Assembly (NCBI GenBank): GCA_963727485.1 | Contig: CAVSGM010000002.1 | Span: forward strand, 1-64,000 | DNA length: 64,000 bases | Reading direction: 5' to 3' | DNA from: an uncultured delta proteobacterium | GTDB lineage: Bacteria; Myxococcota; Myxococcia; SLRQ01 | Shown: one piece after another, positions 20,601 through 30,515 of the stretch | Position numbering within the stretch: position 1 is the stretch's first letter | Layout of the letters: each line of letters opens with the position of its first letter | Made by a program: the position numbers and the translations under genes | The notes under the pieces: model-generated | What the model saw: the letters and a program-made list of their open reading frames with translations, nothing else | Told to the model about the DNA's origin: nothing | Databases searched by the model: none

Positions 20601-21475
20601 TCCTCGGCGCCGCGGAGCAGCCCACCACCGTGACCCTCACCCCGGACCCGGCGGCGGTGGCCCCTGGGGGCACCCTGACCTTCACCGTGACCCTGGACCT
20701 CCCGGCGCCCGCCGGCGGGACCGACGTGGGCCTGGCGGTGGCCCCGGCGGCCGCGGGCGCCCTCCCGGCCACGGTGACCGTCCCCGCCAACGCCACCCAG
20801 GCCACCTTCGACTACGTGGACCAGAACGGCGGCGCCGACGCCACGGTGACCGCCACCCTGGGGTCGAGCACCTCGTCGGTCACCGTGACCCAGCAGACGG
20901 GTCCGGACCACCTGGTGATCAACGAGGTGGACTACAACCAGGCCGGCACCGACACCGCGTCCTTCGTGGAGATCTACAACGGCACCGGGGCCCCGGTGGA
21001 CCTGACGAACCTGGCGGTGGTCCTGGTCAACGGCTCCTCGACCCAGCACGTCGAGTACCAGCGCTACGCCCTCTCGGACGCCGGGGCGTCGCTGGCCGCG
21101 GGCCAGTACCTGGTCATCGGCAACGCCTCGGTGGTCTCGGCGCTCCCGGGCGGGGCGCTCTCCATCGACGTGGGCACCTCCAACTTCATCCAGAACGGGG
21201 ACCCGGACGGGCTGGCCATCATCGACACCAGCACCCAGACCCTGGTCGACGCCTTCTGCTACGGTGGGCCCATGACCGCGGAGACCATCAACGGCTTCCC
21301 CGCGCCGGTCTCCCTGGTGGAGGGCACCGCCCTCGACGCCTCGGTGGTCGACACCAACACCGACGCCAGCGCCCTCATCCGCGATCCCAACGGGACCGAC
21401 ACCGACGACGCCAACGCCGACTGGAAGTTCACCTCGACGCCGACCCCGGGCGCGGACAACCTCCTCACGCCCTGA
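17650..21475 (+). CDS. Large lipoprotein: cysteine-rich repeat, amidohydrolase, thrombospondin-3 repeats, Ig-like and lamin-tail domains; +1 frameshift near 17803
   Basis: Lipobox AAAC, DAGT repeats, [46 protein letters not shown], DxDGDG..DNCP repeats and [20 protein letters not shown]. Confidence 0.85.
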
Positions 21476-21501
21476 CCCGGCCGGCCGCCCCAGGAGCCCG
21501 A

Positions 21502-21759
21502 ATGGACCTCGACGCCAAGTTCACCGACGCCGCCGCGCGGGTGAAGACCCTCTCCGCCCGCCCGGGCAACGACGTCCTCCTCGACCTCTACGCCCTGTTC
21601 AAGCAGGGCTCCGAGGGGGACGCCAGTGGCAAGCGCCCGAGCGCCTTCGACCTCAAGGGCCGGGCGAAGTACGACGCCTGGGCGAAGCGCCGGGGGATGG
21701 GCCGGGACGAGGCCAAAGAGGCCTACGTGGCCCTGGTGGACAAGCTGGTCGCCGGCTGA
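21502..21759 (+). CDS. Acyl-CoA-binding protein
   Basis: LDLYALFKQGSEGD..RP..FDLKGRAKYDAW. Confidence 0.93.
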   Translation: MDLDAKFTDAAARVKTLSARPGNDVLLDLYALFKQGSEGDASGKRPSAFDLKGRAKYDAWAKRRGMGRDEAKEAYVALVDKLVAG

Positions 21760-21778
21760 CGCCCGGCGCCGGCCGCGT

Positions 21779-23389
21779 TCAGCCCTCGCCGCCGACGATC
21801 CCCAGCTCCTTGAGCTTCACCTGGAGGGTCGACCGGGCCATCCCCAGGGCCTCGGCGGTCTGGCGGCGGTTTCCGCCGTTGGCCTTGAGGGCGATGCGGA
21901 TGGCCTCGGCCTCGATCTCGGCGAGGGTCTTGCCCGCGGCCTGGATCACGCCCTCGTCGGCGGGGAGGCGCAGGGGCTCGGCGAAGCTCACGTCGGTGGC
22001 CTCGATGCGCCCGCCCCGGTGGAAGAGGAGCGCCCGCTCCACGGTGTTCTTCAGCTCCCGGACGTTGCCGGGCCAGGGGTGGCCCGCCAGCTTGGATTGG
22101 GCGGCCTCGGTGAGCGTCGGCGGCGGGTCGGAGAGGGCCCGGGTGCGCACGAAGTGGTCGGCGAGGAGGAGCACGTCGCCGGGGCGGCGCCGCAGCGGGG
22201 GCAGGGTCAGGGGCACCACGAAGAGGCGGTAGAAGAGGTCCTCGCGGAAGCGGCCGGCGCGGACCTCGGCGTGGAGGTCGCGGTTGGTGGCGGCGACGAT
22301 GCGCACGTCGACCTTCAGCGGCCGGCTGGCGCCCACCCGGCGGATCTCCTTGAGCTCGAGGACCCGGAGGAGCTTGGCCTGGAGGTCGGCGGGGAGCTCG
22401 CCCACCTCGTCGAGGAAGAGGGTCCCGCCGTCGGCCTCCTCGAAGGCGCCCCGGCGGCTGGTGTTGGCGCCGGTGAAGGCGCCTCGCTCGTGACCGAAGA
22501 GCTCGCTCTCGATGAGCTCCTTGCTGATGGCGGCGCAGTTCACCGGGATGAACGGGCCGTCGACGCGCTTGCCGGCGTCGTGGATGTACCGGGCGACGAG
22601 CTCCTTGCCGGTGCCCGACTCGCCGAAGATGGTCACGGTGGCGTCGGAGTCGGCGACCCGGGAGACCTGGGACAGGACCTGCTCCAGGGCCGGGTCCCGG
22701 GTGACGATGCCGTGGTCGGGGAGGTCGGGGTCGGGGACGTCGGCCTCGAAGGCGATGTCGGTCTCGCCGATACGCACCACCGCGCCGGGCAGCAGCAGCG
22801 CCTCGGAGATCTGCACCCCGCCCACGAAGGTGCCGTTGGTGGAGTCGAGGTCGCGGATGCGCCACCGGCCCTCGGCGAGGGTGAGGCGGGCGTGGAGGCC
22901 GCTGGCGTAGCCGTCGGCGAGGACCACCTCGTTGCCCGGGTCGGAGCCGATGCCCACCTGCTCGTCGAAGAGCGGCAGGGCGTGGCGGCCCTCGTCGTCG
23001 ATCCACCGCAGGCGCATGGCCTCGGTGGGCAGCGACTCGGCCGGGCGGGCCTTGGTGGCGCCCGCGGCGGCGCGCCGGGTCTCGGCGGGGGCGGTGGGGG
23101 GCCCGAGGCGGAAGACCGCGGACCAGGGGCCCCCGAGGCCCAGGGTGGCGCCGTCGGCGAGCTCGGTGGCCTCGCGGACCAGGCTGGCGTCGACGTGGGT
23201 GCCGGTGCCGCTCTGGTCCTGGACGAACCAGGCGCCGTCGCGGTGCTCGAGGAGCGCCTGCACCTCGCTCACGGCGTCGTCGGGCAGGACCACGTCGTTG
23301 CCCGACGCGCGCCCGAGACGGATGCGATCCCGATCGATGGGGAGCCGGACCAGCGGCTCCCCGTCCCGATGAAGGACCAGCTCGGCCAT
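21779..23389 (-). CDS. Double-FHA sigma54-dependent enhancer-binding protein
   Basis: Two FHA-like domains, [31 protein letters not shown] and a Fis-type HTH. Confidence 0.95.
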   Translation of the reverse strand: MAELVLHRDGEPLVRLPIDRDRIRLGRASGNDVVLPDDAVSEVQALLEHRDGAWFVQDQSGTGTHVDASLVREATELADGATLGLGGPWSAVFRLGPPTAPAETRRAAAGATKARPAESLPTEAMRLRWIDDEGRHALPLFDEQVGIGSDPGNEVVLADGYASGLHARLTLAEGRWRIRDLDSTNGTFVGGVQISEALLLPGAVVRIGETDIAFEADVPDPDLPDHGIVTRDPALEQVLSQVSRVADSDATVTIFGESGTGKELVARYIHDAGKRVDGPFIPVNCAAISKELIESELFGHERGAFTGANTSRRGAFEEADGGTLFLDEVGELPADLQAKLLRVLELKEIRRVGASRPLKVDVRIVAATNRDLHAEVRAGRFREDLFYRLFVVPLTLPPLRRRPGDVLLLADHFVRTRALSDPPPTLTEAAQSKLAGHPWPGNVRELKNTVERALLFHRGGRIEATDVSFAEPLRLPADEGVIQAAGKTLAEIEAEAIRIALKANGGNRRQTAEALGMARSTLQVKLKELGIVGGEG

Positions 23390-23509
23390 GGCGTTCTCCC
23401 TTCGTCCGGCCGCTTCGGGGGCGGGGCGCGGAGGCTATCGGACGGGGAGCGAGGGATTAAGCTGGGGTGGGGGGCGGCGTGGGATGGGGGGCCGTGGCGT
23501 ACGCGAAGA

Positions 23510-23945
23510 CCTTGAGGATCTCCGGCGCACCGAGCTCGTCCTCGACGCCCTCAAGATGGCCCTGCGGCGCCGGCTCCCGGAAGACGGGCTGGTGCACCAC
23601 TTTGACCGCGAGAGCTAGTTCGCCAGCGAAGCCTTCACTGAGGTGCTCCGCGACGCCGGCATCGCCTACAGCATGAGCCGCAAGGGCGCCGGCTGGGACA
23701 AGGCGCTCGCCGAGAGCTTCTTCTCACCCTGAAGCTGGATTTGCTCGACCGGCAGCCGTGGCCGACTTTCGGCAAGGCCAAAGCGGCAGCCATCGAGCGG
23801 AGCGAGGTCTCCTACAACACCGGGCGCCGGCACTCGCACGTGGGCTACAGAGCGCCGGCGGAGCATGAAGGGCTGGTTCACACCAACCTGTAGGAGCCGC
23901 TGCTAGCAGCGTAGCGAAACTGTCCACGAAGCCGGATCAAGCCTA
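23510..23945 (+). pseudogene. IS3-family transposase C-terminal relic with right end
   Basis: LVLDALKMAL..GLVHHFDRES*FAS..SMSRKGAGWDKALAESFF..YNTGRRHSHVGY, broken by stops and shifts; end sequence TGTCCACGAAGCCGGATCAA. Confidence 0.85.
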
Positions 23946-23946
23946 T

Positions 23947-24957
23947 TCCTATGGGTCGAACTACCCCTACACGGGGACGGTTCTCTCGGGAGTCGACTAT
24001 CGACAGTACGAGGTTGGGGCGCAGCCGGTCTGGGTGCGCCTCCGCGGCGCAGGGCAGATTTACGATCCAGAGACCGACTACGACGAGAACGGCGCACGCT
24101 ACTACGACCCGACGATGGGTCAGTACCTGGCTCCCGACCCGTTCGTAGCTGCGGACGCCTGGGATGGTCCTGGCGCGGGGCCAAGCCTCGCTCCCAATCC
24201 GTACCAGTACGCGATGGGGGACCCGCTTGCCTTCGTCGACGTGAACGGCCTGCACATCAACTGGGCTCTGGCTGGCGCCATCGCCATCCGCGGGGGGATG
24301 GAAGTTGGCATGACGGTGTTCCAAGCCGCTCAGGTCATCACCTTGGCGGGCCCGGCTATCGGCAGTCTTCAGGCCTTCATACCGGGGCTGGACGTCCTCA
24401 CGCCCGCGACGGAAGCGGGAGCGATTGAGGCCGCGGCGCCGATGGAGGACGACATCCCTGAGGTCTGGAATGACATGGTGGCGGATGGGGCGCAAATAGG
24501 GGCCGACTCGACGGAATTCTATCGTGAATTCGAGGGTGTTGGCGGAGCCTCTGGAGGCGGGTCTGGTGGCTGCGACGGGGTGGGTCCAGCAGAAGGCGCC
24601 GCAAGAGGGAGCGGCGGCAAGTGGGGCAGGTTCTAAGTACAGGCAAATGCGGCGGGCGGGGAAGTATGGACCTCGGATGGGCCCATCAGCCAGCTTGACT
24701 TTCGTGGCATAGTCAACTCGGCCATGTATAGGGGTGAGGTAAACATCATTTCGGGCGTTCATGGGTATGAGGGTGGGGCTATGTCCATCGATCCAGAATC
24801 CTTCGAGACCGACATGGATACTTTTGGAGACGCTCCGGGCGTGAACGTGTACAACTTTCCAGATATGTCGCGGGAGGAATTGAGCTGAGTTCTGGGTGGC
24901 CCGGGGACGACGATTGGAGGCTTTTGCTATAGCGGTGCCTGTCTGGCGCGCTACTAG
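23947..24957 (+). pseudogene. Orphan Rhs core fragment with C-terminal toxin domain 1; two in-frame stops
   Basis: LRGAGQIYDPET..NGARYYDPTMGQYLAPDP..NPYQYAMGDPLAFVDVNGL. The frame continues past TAA 24634 and TGA 24886 to TAG 24955. Confidence 0.85.
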
Positions 24958-24964
24958 GGATGCT

Positions 24965-25165
24965 ATGAAAGAGGAGCTGAAGGAGTACAAGGCGATCATC
25001 TGGGGGCCAGAGCCCGATAGCATCGGTGAGCGGCACACCATCCTTGCCAAAGACCTCAAGGAGGCGCGCGAGAAACTGAGGAGATTGAAGGAGGAATACG
25101 GTCCAGGAGCCACCTCCACCCTGGACCCCGGTGAGGACGATCCGAGGCTCAAGAGGAACAGGTAG
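24965..25165 (+). CDS. Putative 66-aa immunity protein for Rhs toxin 1
   Basis: ATG lies 7 nt after the toxin stop; lower GC; call is based on position. Confidence 0.55.
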   Translation: MKEELKEYKAIIWGPEPDSIGERHTILAKDLKEAREKLRRLKEEYGPGATSTLDPGEDDPRLKRNR

Positions 25166-25416
25166 AACGGGGGCCGGACCGAGCTGCGGCCACGGAGAAG
25201 GGCCCGGACCTGGTGAGCCGCGTGGCCAGCAGAGGCGAAGCGCTGCAATGACAAGGGGTACCCGGGCGACGTCTTAGGCATTGTCCGCCAATAGACTGGG
25301 TGCGGACCACGGTATCGGGCCTGCCGCCACGACCGGAGGTAAGCGTCCGAGCTGCGACGCCTCCCTTGGCGTGACGGCGTGAGGCAGACTGGGCCGGCGC
25401 GGCGGCGCAGCCGCCG

Positions 25417-26929
25417 TCAGGCGGCCGCCGGCTGCGACGGCTGCCAGCTCTGCGGCAGCAGCTCGTCGATCCGCTGCTGCGGGTGGTCCCGGGTCCTCAC
25501 CAGCACGTCGGCCAGGTACGCCTCGGGGTTCACCCCGTTCGCCTCGCAGGTCGCCACCAGGCTCTGCAGCACCGCCAGGTGCTCCGCCGCCGTGTCGTTG
25601 CCGGCAAACAAGAAGTTCTTCCGCCCCAGCGCCACGATCCGCAGTGCCCGCTCGCTCACGTTGTTGTCGATCGCCACCTTCGGGTCCTCGAGGAAGACCT
25701 TCAGCGATGACCACTGTCCCCGGGCGTAGGTGATGGCCTTGCCCAGCGGGCTCTTCGGCGGCACCGCGCCTTCGTGCCCGTCGAGCCACGCCTTGATCTT
25801 CTCCACCACCTGCCGGCTCTCGACATCGCGCAGCAGCCGGTGGGCCTCGGTCCCGCAGATCCCCTGCTCCTGCGCCTGCCACTCCAGCGCGTAGAGCTCG
25901 GCGACGAGGTCCATCACCTCGCTTGCCTCCGGCGCCGTCTCTAGCGCCTTGAAGAAGTACCGGCGCGTGTGCGCCCAGCACCCCGCCCGCTCCCGGCCCT
26001 CCGGCGTCGTCACCGCGTTGTAGCCCGTGTACCCATCCGTCTGCAGCTTGCCCTCGCTGCCGCCGAGGGTCGCCTTCGGCGTCTCCCCGCTTCTCGTCCG
26101 GCTGTAGCTGTAGGCGATTATCTGCTTCTCCGGCCTGTCGTCGGCGACGAAGGTCCACATGTAGCCCCGGTGGCACTTCTCCTTCTCCTGCACCGGCTGC
26201 GGCATCTCGTCCGCGCTCACGTGCTCGCTCCCCGCGACCAGCTCCAGAAGGCGGGCATGGATGGGCGCCAGCACCTCGGCGCTGCGGCGGAGGAGATCAC
26301 CAAGGCTGCTCCGGCTCACCGGCACGCCGGCGCGGGCGAGCTGCTTGGCCTGCCGGTACAGCGGCACCACGTCGGCGCACTTGGTCACCACCACGTGGGC
26401 GTGGAGGCCCGGCCCGTACTCGGCGCCGTCGGTGACCTGCGGCGCATGCGGCGCGGTGACGATGGTCTCGCCGCAGCGGCACACCTGCTTCTCCCGCACG
26501 ATGCGGCGGCGCACCAGGCGGGCCGGCACGTAGTCGATCTGCTCGGTGACCAGGCCTTCGTCCAGCGGGCGGAAGGCCCCGCCGCAGTGCGCGCAGCACA
26601 GCTCGTCGACGGGCACTTCGATGCGCTCCTCCACCACTCGGTCATCCTCGAGTTCGACGTCGACAGCTACCGCACCAAGAAGGCCAAGAAGTGATCCCGC
26701 CGTGCGACCACCTGCGGCTTCCTTCCGGGACGCGAGGTCGCCGCGCCCCTTCATCACCCCGGCCGGCTACCGGCAGAAGTAGTTGTCGTCGACCGGCAAG
26801 AGTAGTTGACGTTGATCACTCGAGCTTCGACAGCGCGTTGGACAGAAGCTCGTAAAGCGCCTTGACGACGGCCTTGGCCTGCGGTTCCAGGTCCTTGGTC
26901 AGCTCGTCGATGTCGGGCAGGTCCGGCAC
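25417..26929 (-). pseudogene. tnpC: IS66 transposase TnpC, interrupted near its N-terminus
   Basis: C..CG zinc ribbon, PLYRQ, QTDGY, GCWAHTRRYF, IDNNVSERALR and IDELLP. The true N-terminus VPDLPDIDEL.. (26929-26819) is cut off by IS21-type DNA. Confidence 0.88.
26626..26818 (+). mobile_element. IS21-family right-end fragment (istB C-terminus plus terminal repeats)
   Basis: Plus frame LLHHSVILEFDVDSYRTKKAKK*, then tandem ACCGGCAGAAGTAGTTGTCGTCG / ACCGGCAAGAGTAGTTGACGTTG ending in ..ATCA. Confidence 0.75.
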
Positions 26930-26942
26930 GGGCGAGGGTAGA

Positions 26943-27320
26943 TCACACCGGCATCCGTCTGTCAATCCCCTCTCGCGCCGGCGGCGTCCACACCGCCGGG
27001 CGCCGTACCCGCTTCAGGCCCACGCCGTCAAGCAGCATCGAGAGTTCTCCGGCGTCGACCTCAACCGTGATCCGCCCCGGCGTCAGCGCCGGCAGCCGAA
27101 ACCGCCCGCGCTCGAGCCGCTTGTGCCAGAGCACGAAGCCGCCCCGCTCGCAGGTCAGCACCTTCACCCGGTCTCCTCGCCGCGACACGAAGACGAACAG
27201 GTGCCCGCTGTAGACATCCTCGCCCCGCCCCTGCACCAGCGCCGAGAGCCCGTCGAAGCCCTTGCGCATGTCCGTGGGCTCGGCGGCGAGGAAGGTCCTC
27301 ACCGAGGACGGGAGGCTCAG
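26943..27320 (-). CDS. tnpB: IS66 accessory protein TnpB
   Basis: PTDMRKGFDGL..GHLFVF..RVKVL..KRLERGRF. Confidence 0.92.
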   Translation of the reverse strand: MSLPSSVRTFLAAEPTDMRKGFDGLSALVQGRGEDVYSGHLFVFVSRRGDRVKVLTCERGGFVLWHKRLERGRFRLPALTPGRITVEVDAGELSMLLDGVGLKRVRRPAVWTPPAREGIDRRMPV

Positions 27321-27619
27321 CACAGTCCCCGGTACAACTCGGCGAGGTACGCCGGCGGCGGCAGCGCCTCGAGCTCGATGCGGACGTCGCCGACCACCAG
27401 CACCACGTGACCTGTCGTGCGGCGGTTGGCGGCGCGCACCTCGAGGAAAGTCACCGGCTGCCCATCGCGGTTGCCTGCGCGGCGCTCCCGACGGTAGAGC
27501 CAGGACTGGAGCGTCGACACCTTGATACCGCGCCTCTCGGCGAACTCCGCCTGCGTAAGGCCGCTCGCCCGATAGGCGGCCACCAGCTTGGCCCGCGACG
27601 CGGGCGTGCTCCGCTTCAT
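27317..27619 (-). CDS. tnpA: IS66 accessory protein TnpA (HTH)
   Basis: YRASGLTQAEFAERRGIKVSTLQSW; GTGCTGA overlap with tnpB. Confidence 0.85.
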   Translation of the reverse strand: MKRSTPASRAKLVAAYRASGLTQAEFAERRGIKVSTLQSWLYRRERRAGNRDGQPVTFLEVRAANRRTTGHVVLVVGDVRIELEALPPPAYLAELYRGLC

Positions 27620-27829
27620 CCTCCACCCTCCTCGAGGGCGGGGCATCCACGGCGCCGACGTCAACTACAATGCGTCGCGGCTCGGACGGTTACCGCAGGT
27701 CGCCACCAGGCTCTACAGCATCGCCAGGTGCTCCGCCGCCGTGTCGTAGGCTTCCGACCTCCGACGCCTACCTCCAGGTGGCCGAACTACTGCTGAATCT
27801 CCCGCTCGGTCGCATGCCACACTAGTGCC

Positions 27830-28643
27830 GCGGCCGACGCCTGGTACGGGCCTTGCGCGTCGCCCAGCCTTGCCGCCAATCCGTACCAGTACGCGCTTGG
27901 GGACCCTCTTGCCTTCGTGGACGTAGACGGCCTCCACATCAACTGGGCTCTGGTTGGCGCCATCGCCATCCGTGGGGCTGGGGAAGTTGGCATGACGGTG
28001 TTCCAAGCCGCTAGGTCATCACTTGGCGGGCCCGGCTATCGGCAGTCTTCAGGCCTTCATACCGGGGCTGGACGTCCTCACGCCCGCGACGGAAGCGGGA
28101 GCGATTGAGGCCGCGGCGCCGATGGAGGACGACATCCCTGAGGTCTGGAATGACATGGTGGCGGATGGGGCGCAAATAGGGGCCGACTCGACGGAATTCT
28201 ATCGTGAATTCGAGGGTGTTGGCGGAGCCTCTGGAGGCGGGTCTGGCGGCTGCGACGGGGTGGGCCCGCCGGCGGGTGGTGGCGCGGGTGCTGGTGACGA
28301 GGTCGAGGTTCAAGTGTCACGTTCCCGATACCCGAACTATACGCAGCACGTTGAGGATGCCCAAGCCGCAGGGCACCCTAGTACGTTGACAATTGACCGC
28401 CCTGGTGCGGTTGCGCGCAGGCTGCAGTCTCTGGCTGGAATCCCGAAGGTCCCGGGAATGCAGCTTGACGAATATCCGCCCGCCATGTTTGAAGAAGGCG
28501 GTGAGGGCGCCAGTGTGCGGGCCATGCCCGGACGTGAGAACATGGGTGCAGGCGCCAGCACCGGACGTCAACTGGCCGGGCACCCGAATGGAACTCGGGT
28601 TAGGATAGTGGTCGTCCCTGAGGGCATTCGGAATGAATATTAG
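27830..28643 (+). pseudogene. Orphan Rhs core end with NucA/NucB-family DNase toxin domain
   Basis: NPYQYALGDPLAFVDVDGL, the shared pre-toxin segment, then YPNYTQHVEDAQ..LTIDR..DEYPPAMFEEGGEGASVR..ENMGAGA. Two 1-bp deletions near 28012-28022 relative to cassette 1. Confidence 0.88.
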
Positions 28644-29106
28644 TCAGAGAATACAAATATTGTATGGACAAGTTGCGGTCTTCAGCCTGGCTCTTTCCGG
28701 TTCGTTCAACGATTGGTCGGATGTGCACTATGCTCAAGGCTTCTCATGGCGTCCTGGAAGCGTTTCGTTCCGGACCCTGAGCTATGAGGGTTTCTTGGAC
28801 GCACGCGTAGTTGTTAGCTCTGCACCATTCGTGGCATCTCGAGAGGCCGTCCGCATCATCGCTGTACCGTTCGAGGTCTCGGAACCGGGCGGCATTGAAG
28901 TAGCAGGTGTCGCGGGTGGCTTTCGCTTGCCGATGGCTGTTGGCGCCTATGATCTCGTCTTCGAGCATGGCCCCTCTTCTCCGCTCGAGATGTGGGCGCG
29001 CTTCTTCTTTCGTGCCGTCAAGACTAGCTCTCCGCCCAGGATCATTCGCGCCGACCCGGACCTCCAACCGCCGCGCACGTTGTGTATGAGCGCCCAGCCG
29101 GCATGA
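28633..29106 (+). CDS. ComJ-like immunity protein
   Basis: YGQVAVF..FNDWSDVHYAQGFSWRPGSVSFRTL..IIRAD; overlaps the NucA/B toxin stop. Confidence 0.8.
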   Translation: MNISQRIQILYGQVAVFSLALSGSFNDWSDVHYAQGFSWRPGSVSFRTLSYEGFLDARVVVSSAPFVASREAVRIIAVPFEVSEPGGIEVAGVAGGFRLPMAVGAYDLVFEHGPSSPLEMWARFFFRAVKTSSPPRIIRADPDLQPPRTLCMSAQPA

Positions 29107-29227
29107 CGGGCCCAGCGTACCAGTTGGACTGTGGCAAGCGGTTACAGGGTTCCACTTATCGTGTTGCCGCGCTCAAACCTCGACACTCATCTGAGGCGGA
29201 GTGGTGGTTTGGAGGACCCCGATGGCA

Positions 29228-29493
29228 AGGCGACGCCTGCCTGGGCGTGACGGCGCGACAGGTGTCGCAGCTCGGTCGCCTATGGTGGAGGAGACGTCTT
29301 GCTGGCGTCTCGTAAGCGCCCGACGTGCTGGTGAGGACCCGGACCGTCCGCAGAAGCGGATCGACGAGCTGCTGCCACAGAGCTGGCACGCGCCGAAGGC
29401 GGCGGCCGCCTGACGGCGGGGGCGCCGCCGCTCCGGCCCAGTCTCTGCCTCACACCGTCACGCCAAGGTAGGCGTCGCACGTCGGACGCCTAC
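29228..29493 (+). mobile_element. IS66 3'-end relics
   Basis: DVLVRT..QKRIDELLPQSW..AAA* followed by a right IR ..GCGTCGCACGTCGGACGCCTAC; diverged inverted copy of 25339-25510. Confidence 0.8.
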
Positions 29494-29589
29494 CTCAATT
29501 GTGTCAGCCGGCGTATGCAGGGGGGCTGCTAGCCTGCCGCGTTGTGCGGCGCACCTGTGTTGGCGTGCCTCCGCCCGGGGCGTCCGGTG

Positions 29590-30510
29590 TCACCGCTGGG
29601 GCAGCACCATCGGCCGGCCCAGGACCCCGCTGATCCGGTAGGCGTAGAACCCATCCCGGCTCCGGGCGTTCTGGAGCACCGCCTGCGCCAGCCCCGCCAG
29701 CGTGCCGTTGGCCTTCCAGAAGGCGTCGGTGGGCTTGAACCGCAGCGTGAGGTCGGCGGCGGAGGTCAGCGCGATGCGCCGCAGGTGCACCGTCCCCGAG
29801 AGGTCGGCGTCCAGGTCCTTGCTGTGGATCTTCAGCGGCGGGTCCACCTTGAGCACGCCCTTCTCGGCGATCGCCTGGAGGTGCACGTCGCCGAGGTCGA
29901 CCCCGGGGACGGTGAACCCGTGGATCATGCCCCCGCCGAAGCGCGCGCCCTTCACCGTGAGGTCCACCAGCCCGTTCAAGGTCTGGGCGTTGCCCTGCGT
30001 CATGGTTCCGCTGACCCGCCCCTGGGCGTGGCCCTGGAAGCCCACGCCGAGGTTGTCCCAGAGGCCGGGGATCTTCCCCAGCGCCAGGTCCTGGACCTGC
30101 GCGTCGAGGTGGACCTTCTGGTCCTTCTGCTGCTGCACCGTGCCGGTCACCTCGCCCTCGGGCGCCCGGGCGGTGAAGGCCACCGCCGGGCCGCCGAGGA
30201 GGCTGTCGATGGGCTTGAGGCGCGCGGTCACCCGGTCGAGGGTCAGCGACAACGGGTTGTCGCCCGGGCGCCTGGCGGGGACGTCGACCTTCACCCCCCG
30301 GGCCTCGACCCCCACGAACCAGTAGGGCGAGATGGACGCCGTCTCCACCTTCACCCCGGTGCGCAGCGACACGTCGCGGAGGATGCGCTTGCCCACCAGG
30401 TCGTAGGGGAGGCTCCAGTAGAGGGTGGCGCCGAACGCCACCAGGAACACCAGGCTGTACCCGGCCAGGCGCTTGAAGAGGGATCGCTTGGGCTGCTTCT
30501 CGTCGGCCAT
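29590..30510 (-). CDS. gspN: Type II secretion protein N
   Basis: N-terminal TM and beta-rich body; last gene of the operon. Confidence 0.8.
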   Translation of the reverse strand: MADEKQPKRSLFKRLAGYSLVFLVAFGATLYWSLPYDLVGKRILRDVSLRTGVKVETASISPYWFVGVEARGVKVDVPARRPGDNPLSLTLDRVTARLKPIDSLLGGPAVAFTARAPEGEVTGTVQQQKDQKVHLDAQVQDLALGKIPGLWDNLGVGFQGHAQGRVSGTMTQGNAQTLNGLVDLTVKGARFGGGMIHGFTVPGVDLGDVHLQAIAEKGVLKVDPPLKIHSKDLDADLSGTVHLRRIALTSAADLTLRFKPTDAFWKANGTLAGLAQAVLQNARSRDGFYAYRISGVLGRPMVLPQR

Positions 30511-30515
30511 GCGTT

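Larger units (their letters stand above)
25339..27693 (-). mobile_element. IS66-family element (tnpA-tnpB-tnpC), disrupted
   Basis: 22-bp IRs GTAAGCGTCCGAGCTGCGACGC (25339-25360) and GCGTCGCGGCTCGGACGGTTAC (27672-27693) match 20/22. No target duplication visible. Confidence 0.92.

Noticed and set aside
24634..24888. Stop-codon readthrough or recoding in Rhs toxin 1
   Set aside because: Two different stops (TAA, TGA) in a 5'-truncated, IS-damaged cassette; nonsense decay is simpler.
27317..27664. IS-associated TnpB as an RNA-guided nuclease
   Set aside because: The adjacent tnpB (26943-27320) encodes the small IS66 accessory TnpB, which is unrelated to IS200/605 TnpB; this span is tnpA.
23947..28643. 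Near-identical repeats as a diversity-generating retroelement TR/VR pair
   Set aside because: No reverse transcriptase in the window; differences are not adenine-specific; explained by Rhs cassettes.
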